Source of the DNA: Bacteroidia bacterium
GTDB lineage: Bacteria > Bacteroidota > Bacteroidia > NS11-12g > UBA955
Length of the DNA stretch: 64,000 nt
Assembly (NCBI GenBank): GCA_044224315.1
Contig: JBGAKR010000001.1
Location: forward strand, 592,329 to 656,328
Direction: 5' to 3'
How positions within the stretch are numbered: position 1 is the stretch's first letter; the number at the start of each line of letters is the position of its first letter. Positions 60,014 to 64,000 of this stretch are shown here, in pieces. A program made the translations under genes and the position numbers. The notes below the pieces were generated by a model. It had not been told where the DNA came from, did no database searches, and saw only the letters and a program-made list of their open reading frames with translations.

Positions 60014-61489
60014 TTAATTTTCAGCATTCTTGCGGCTTTGGGCCTTAATCATTTCGAGCAATGCCGCCAGATTTTCATCATTTTGATGAATTTGTACAAA
60101 AGAACCACCACCTGTTACCGCCAGGCTTTGTAAAAATTGCATGGCCTTGGGATCATTTCCAATCCCTACGGTACTCAAATGTATGTTTTTTGCATTGGCA
60201 TTGGCAATTGCCTTTTCCATCTGGCTGCGGCTCATACTGCCTCCATAAAATACACCGTCGGTAGCAATAATAATCTGGTTATTGCCACCGGGTATAAAAT
60301 TATCGGCCGCCAACTGGTATGCCAACTGCAAAGCTGCACCTGCATTGGTTCCCCCGGTGGCTTTCATGCCGTTTACCCTGTATTTTAAACTGTCTTTTTC
60401 TACAACACCTACCGGGGGCTGTATGAGTTTAGCATCCGAACTCATAGTTACTACCCCCACCTTATCCTCGGCACGCAGTGCATCTACCAGCACACCAAAC
60501 GAACTTTTGAGCATGTCCATTTTGCCATCCCGGTTCATGGATGAAGAAACATCCACAATTAAAATTACATTATTCAGCCGGTATTCGTTTGGGCTTAGCA
60601 CCACAATTACAGGTTTTGGTGTAACAACCGCCCCCATGGTATCCGGATGTTCGTGGTTTTCGGGTTTATCGCCCCCTGAAATCACCAGGGTAGCGGTATC
60701 TTCTTCGGGGTTAATATCGCGGTTGCGTCTGCGTTCTACTTCTCGCAATGAGTCGGTATTTTCCTTAACTGTCACTACCGGTTTGGGAGGTTCAGGGGGT
60801 TCCGCATCAGGCTGGGCTTTGTCTAAATAAATGATAAAATGATTTTGGTAAGCTTCCAGTGATATCAGGGCCAGATAATCGTCATACCCTTTTTTGTTGG
60901 CGCTGATTTTAAACTTCCCAGGCTCCACACTCATTTCGTATTCAAAACCGCTGCGCTCCAGATCTACTTTGTGGTTATCGTGGGTGCGCACTGCAATTTG
61001 GTCGGGGATTAACTGCTCCTCGGTTTGCCGGTCGCGCACCTCCAGGGTTACAATTTTTTGCAAATGTTGCGGGCTCGGGCCTTCATTTACCGAGGGGCAT
61101 CTTAGCTGCGCAGCTGGATCAAACCCTTTGATATTGCCCTTAAGTCTGAAATGGATGGGATCGGCTTTTTGGTTGATATAAAGCGGGATTTCCACATCAA
61201 AGCGGCCCTTTTTTTGGGTGTAATAAACGATAGATACCTCTATAGTTTCGCCCGGTTCAGCTGCCCGGTTGCTAAACATTATGGTAAAATTCTCATTATA
61301 ATAAGTAGGTAAAAAAATAAGGTTTCGCTGGGTGCCGTTTCGAACCTTAAAAACGGCAGTATCGTTGCGCCAGAAGGCTACATCGCCAAAATTCCATGTC
61401 TGATCATTGAAGTCCTGATTCTGCGCAAAAACAGAAATAGAACAAGCAAAAAACAGCCCTATGCACAGCCTCCGGAACATACCTTTCAA
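60014..61489 (-). CDS. secreted von Willebrand factor type A (VWA) domain protein
   Basis: Signal peptide. MIDAS DVSSSM...T..GTN. PE/P-rich linker. N-terminal beta-rich domain. Confidence 0.7.
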   Translation of the reverse strand: MKGMFRRLCIGLFFACSISVFAQNQDFNDQTWNFGDVAFWRNDTAVFKVRNGTQRNLIFLPTYYNENFTIMFSNRAAEPGETIEVSIVYYTQKKGRFDVEIPLYINQKADPIHFRLKGNIKGFDPAAQLRCPSVNEGPSPQHLQKIVTLEVRDRQTEEQLIPDQIAVRTHDNHKVDLERSGFEYEMSVEPGKFKISANKKGYDDYLALISLEAYQNHFIIYLDKAQPDAEPPEPPKPVVTVKENTDSLREVERRRNRDINPEEDTATLVISGGDKPENHEHPDTMGAVVTPKPVIVVLSPNEYRLNNVILIVDVSSSMNRDGKMDMLKSSFGVLVDALRAEDKVGVVTMSSDAKLIQPPVGVVEKDSLKYRVNGMKATGGTNAGAALQLAYQLAADNFIPGGNNQIIIATDGVFYGGSMSRSQMEKAIANANAKNIHLSTVGIGNDPKAMQFLQSLAVTGGGSFVQIHQNDENLAALLEMIKAQSRKNAEN

Positions 61490-61513
61490 TACTAACGCAA
61501 AAACCGAACCTTT

Positions 61514-62296
61514 TTATGCCGACTTTTCCCAAATTTCGGTTAGGCGCACAAAATCCTGAACAGAAAGCTGCTCGGCGCGCTGCGATTGCCACTCGGCCGG
61601 GAGTTTAAAATCGGGGCGGGATGAGAGTAAAGGTTTTAGTGCGTTGCTTAAGGTTTTGCGGCGCTGACTGAATGCAGTTTTTACCACCACCAGTAAATTG
61701 CGATAGGAACATGGAAGTGGTTGGGCTTTGCGGGTGCAACTTATTACCCCGCTTTTTACTTTGGGCGGAGGGCTAAATGCCCCTTCATTAACCGTAAACT
61801 CATATTTGCAATCGTACAAGGCCTGCAGCATTACCGAGGTTATTCCGTATTCCTTATTTCCATGCTCGGCACAAAAGCGTTTGGCTACTTCTTTTTGAAA
61901 CATACCCCCGAAAAACAAAACCCTATCGGCCTGCTCCATTACTCTAAAAGCTATCTGGGTTGAAATGTTATAAGGATAATTGCCAATGACTGCCATGGTT
62001 TGGCCTGTAAAAAGTTTTTCATCGGGCAAATGCAAAAAATCGCCCTGGGTAATTTTCAGATTACTGGCCCACGGTGCCTTTTTCAGGTAATTTACCGATT
62101 CGGCATCAATTTCTATGCACTCCAGTTTTTCGGCCCAAACCGGTAATAAAAATTGGGTTAAAATACCCATACCCGGTCCAATTTCCAGCACTTTGTCGTA
62201 TTGGGCATTTCCCAAAATGTGGGCTATTTTTTCGGTAATATTTTTATCATTGAGGAAATGTTGCCCCAGGTGTTTTTTAGCTGTAACTTTTTCCAT
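61514..62296 (-). CDS. rsmA: 16S rRNA (adenine1518/1519-N6)-dimethyltransferase
   Basis: KKHLGQHFLNDKNITEKI, and SAM-binding LEIGPGMGILT. Confidence 0.9.
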   Translation of the reverse strand: MEKVTAKKHLGQHFLNDKNITEKIAHILGNAQYDKVLEIGPGMGILTQFLLPVWAEKLECIEIDAESVNYLKKAPWASNLKITQGDFLHLPDEKLFTGQTMAVIGNYPYNISTQIAFRVMEQADRVLFFGGMFQKEVAKRFCAEHGNKEYGITSVMLQALYDCKYEFTVNEGAFSPPPKVKSGVISCTRKAQPLPCSYRNLLVVVKTAFSQRRKTLSNALKPLLSSRPDFKLPAEWQSQRAEQLSVQDFVRLTEIWEKSA

Positions 62297-62300
62297 GGGT

Positions 62301-63539
62301 TTATTTCCAGAAGGTTAGATAATATTTGGTAACTGTATCCTTTAAAGATGCCAGGTTGTAATTGTCAGATGCTTCGGCTACATCCTGCACACTCCCATCT
62401 TTTCGCAATATAAGTATGCCCCCGCCCTCGGTTTTGTAAGCGTGGTTTTCTAAAATTCCGGTTTGCACAAAATACTCAACCAATTCGGGGTGCGACAATT
62501 GATAAAGATTTATTACTTCGTATTTATAATTGGCAATTTCCTCCTCGGTAAAGGGAGTGTTGCGAATCAGAATCTTAGGCAATTTGCGCTGCAGCATATT
62601 GGCCGACAATCCGGCCAATACTTTATCCGGGTGTTGCTGCCAGCTTTTTAAGGCATTGATTATATCGTTGTCGTCCAGGTTTGCATACAAATCCAGGGAT
62701 TCGTCATCAAACTCAGCTTCATGAATTTCTCTGCCCAAAAAATGCACCAGCGGATGATAGCTGCCCAAATGCTGTCCTTCTGAGGCCAGAACTCTTGCCC
62801 TGCGCAGAATTGCAAGTAAAAGTTCATCTGCAGCCACAGCGGTTTTGTGCAAGTAAACCTGCCAATACATAAGCCTGCGGGCTACCAGAAATTTTTCAAC
62901 GCTATAAATCCCCTTTTCTTCCACCACCAGATTACCCTGGTGCACATTGAGCATATGAATGATGCGATCGGCGCCAACTATACCCTCACTAACACCGGTA
63001 TAAAAACTGTCGCGCAGCAAATAGTCGAGCCGGTCCATATCTAATTGTCCCGAAATCAATTGTCCGAGGAAAGGTTTTGCCGGGTAATGTCCATCGAAAA
63101 TATCCATGGCCAACTGCAGTTTTCCGCCCAAATCGCGGTTGAGTTTTTCCATCATCCAGCGCGATACCTTTTCGTGGTTTACCCCTTTGATAATGGTATG
63201 CTCTAGCGTATGGCTGAAGGGTCCATGGCCTATATCGTGCAGTAAAATGGCCAAATAGGCTCCCTCGGCTTCGGCATCGGTAATTTCTACCCCTTTGCGG
63301 CGCAGCACATCAATGGCCCCAATCATAAGATTGAGGGCACCCAGGGCATGGTGAAAACGGGTATGGGTGGCACCCGGATAAATAAGCTCTGTAAGGCCCA
63401 ATTGCCTTATACGTCTGAGTCGTTGAAAATAGGGATGCTGGATTACATCATAAACCAACTCGGTAGGGATGGTAAGAAATCCATAAACCGGGTCGTTGAT
63501 GATTTTATTTTTATTAAAAACTGCCACGCGCGATGGCAA
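62301..63539 (-). CDS. HD-domain phosphohydrolase (dGTP triphosphohydrolase-like)
   Basis: HD signature TRFHHALGA...LLHDIGHGPFSH. Confidence 0.75.
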   Translation of the reverse strand: MPSRVAVFNKNKIINDPVYGFLTIPTELVYDVIQHPYFQRLRRIRQLGLTELIYPGATHTRFHHALGALNLMIGAIDVLRRKGVEITDAEAEGAYLAILLHDIGHGPFSHTLEHTIIKGVNHEKVSRWMMEKLNRDLGGKLQLAMDIFDGHYPAKPFLGQLISGQLDMDRLDYLLRDSFYTGVSEGIVGADRIIHMLNVHQGNLVVEEKGIYSVEKFLVARRLMYWQVYLHKTAVAADELLLAILRRARVLASEGQHLGSYHPLVHFLGREIHEAEFDDESLDLYANLDDNDIINALKSWQQHPDKVLAGLSANMLQRKLPKILIRNTPFTEEEIANYKYEVINLYQLSHPELVEYFVQTGILENHAYKTEGGGILILRKDGSVQDVAEASDNYNLASLKDTVTKYYLTFWK

Positions 63540-63556
63540 ATTTACGCAGGGCTGGC

Positions 63557-63994
63557 TCAGTTTGCCTCATCCCACACCAAAATTGCACCTTCTTCGGGCC
63601 TTTTGGGTTTTACTTTTTCTACAAATTTGGTCAGTTCACCTCCAAATGGGTCGGTAGGATTTACCAATACATAATGGTTGTAATGGTACACCATATCATC
63701 AAACTGCTTTTGGTTAATTCCCGTGTTATGCATCATACGCCTGTAAGCCGATCCGATGTAAAGCCAGGCTTTTGCATTTTGGGTAGCTGCATTTGCTTCT
63801 GTTTTTACCAGGTATTTTTTATAGCAATCGGCGGCTATTGAATCCTGTTGCTGATTCATAGCGCTTATTCCCATATACCAATAGTTGCCGGCATTGTTGC
63901 TGTCCTCTTCCTGCATATGTTCCAGCAAGCTATCGGCTTCAATAAACTTTTTCTCATTTATGAGTGCATGGGAAAGCAATTGCCTCAGAGCCAT
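63557..63994 (-). CDS. TPR-like repeat protein, partial (continues past window end)
   Basis: TPR-like W/Y-rich helices (AKAWLYIGSAYRRM, AADCYKKYLV). The frame is open to the window edge. Confidence 0.35.
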   Translation of the reverse strand: MALRQLLSHALINEKKFIEADSLLEHMQEEDSNNAGNYWYMGISAMNQQQDSIAADCYKKYLVKTEANAATQNAKAWLYIGSAYRRMMHNTGINQKQFDDMVYHYNHYVLVNPTDPFGGELTKFVEKVKPKRPEEGAILVWDEAN

Positions 63995-64000
63995 GTCCTC

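Overview
This is a 64 kb chromosomal window that looks bacterial, Bacteroidetes-like. Three things support that: T9SS-type C-terminal sorting domains, TPR/beta-propeller/OmpA proteins, and a caa3-type cytochrome oxidase cluster with DUF420, SCO1, CtaA and CtaB. Most of the window is ordinary housekeeping: recA, radC, gcvP, ribD, nhaA, aat, trmB, rsmA, an HtrA protease, kdsA, M1 and M20 peptidases, and LPS glycosyltransferases. The regions worth a second look are these. (1) An AT-richer block from the window start to ~12.0 kb sits against the 3' end of a tRNA-Pro(GGG). It carries a truncated mobile-element module (excisionase-like HTH protein plus AAA_25-type ATPase), a PepSY-like gene, an OMF-MFP-RND efflux operon and a two-component system, so it looks like an integrated island. 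(2) A RAYT-like (IS200-family) transposase gene is preceded by seven tandem ~51-bp repeats, each with a perfect 15-nt palindrome; this resembles a REP/RAYT locus. (3) A very AT-rich one-gene islet lies next to tRNA-Asp(GTC). It encodes an OmpA-like domain protein with a lysine-rich C-terminal domain and no canonical start codon. (4) Three paralogous small Cys-containing lipoproteins (one tandem pair) share a C-terminal VV(I/A)P(K/Q)IPxGY motif. (5) The kdsA reading frame appears to lack its first ~35 codons. (6) A signal-peptide + T9SS-CTD-only mini-ORF sits downstream of an M1 aminopeptidase. I found no CRISPR array, rRNA or canonical defence system. All functional calls come from motif recognition by eye and should be confirmed by database searches.
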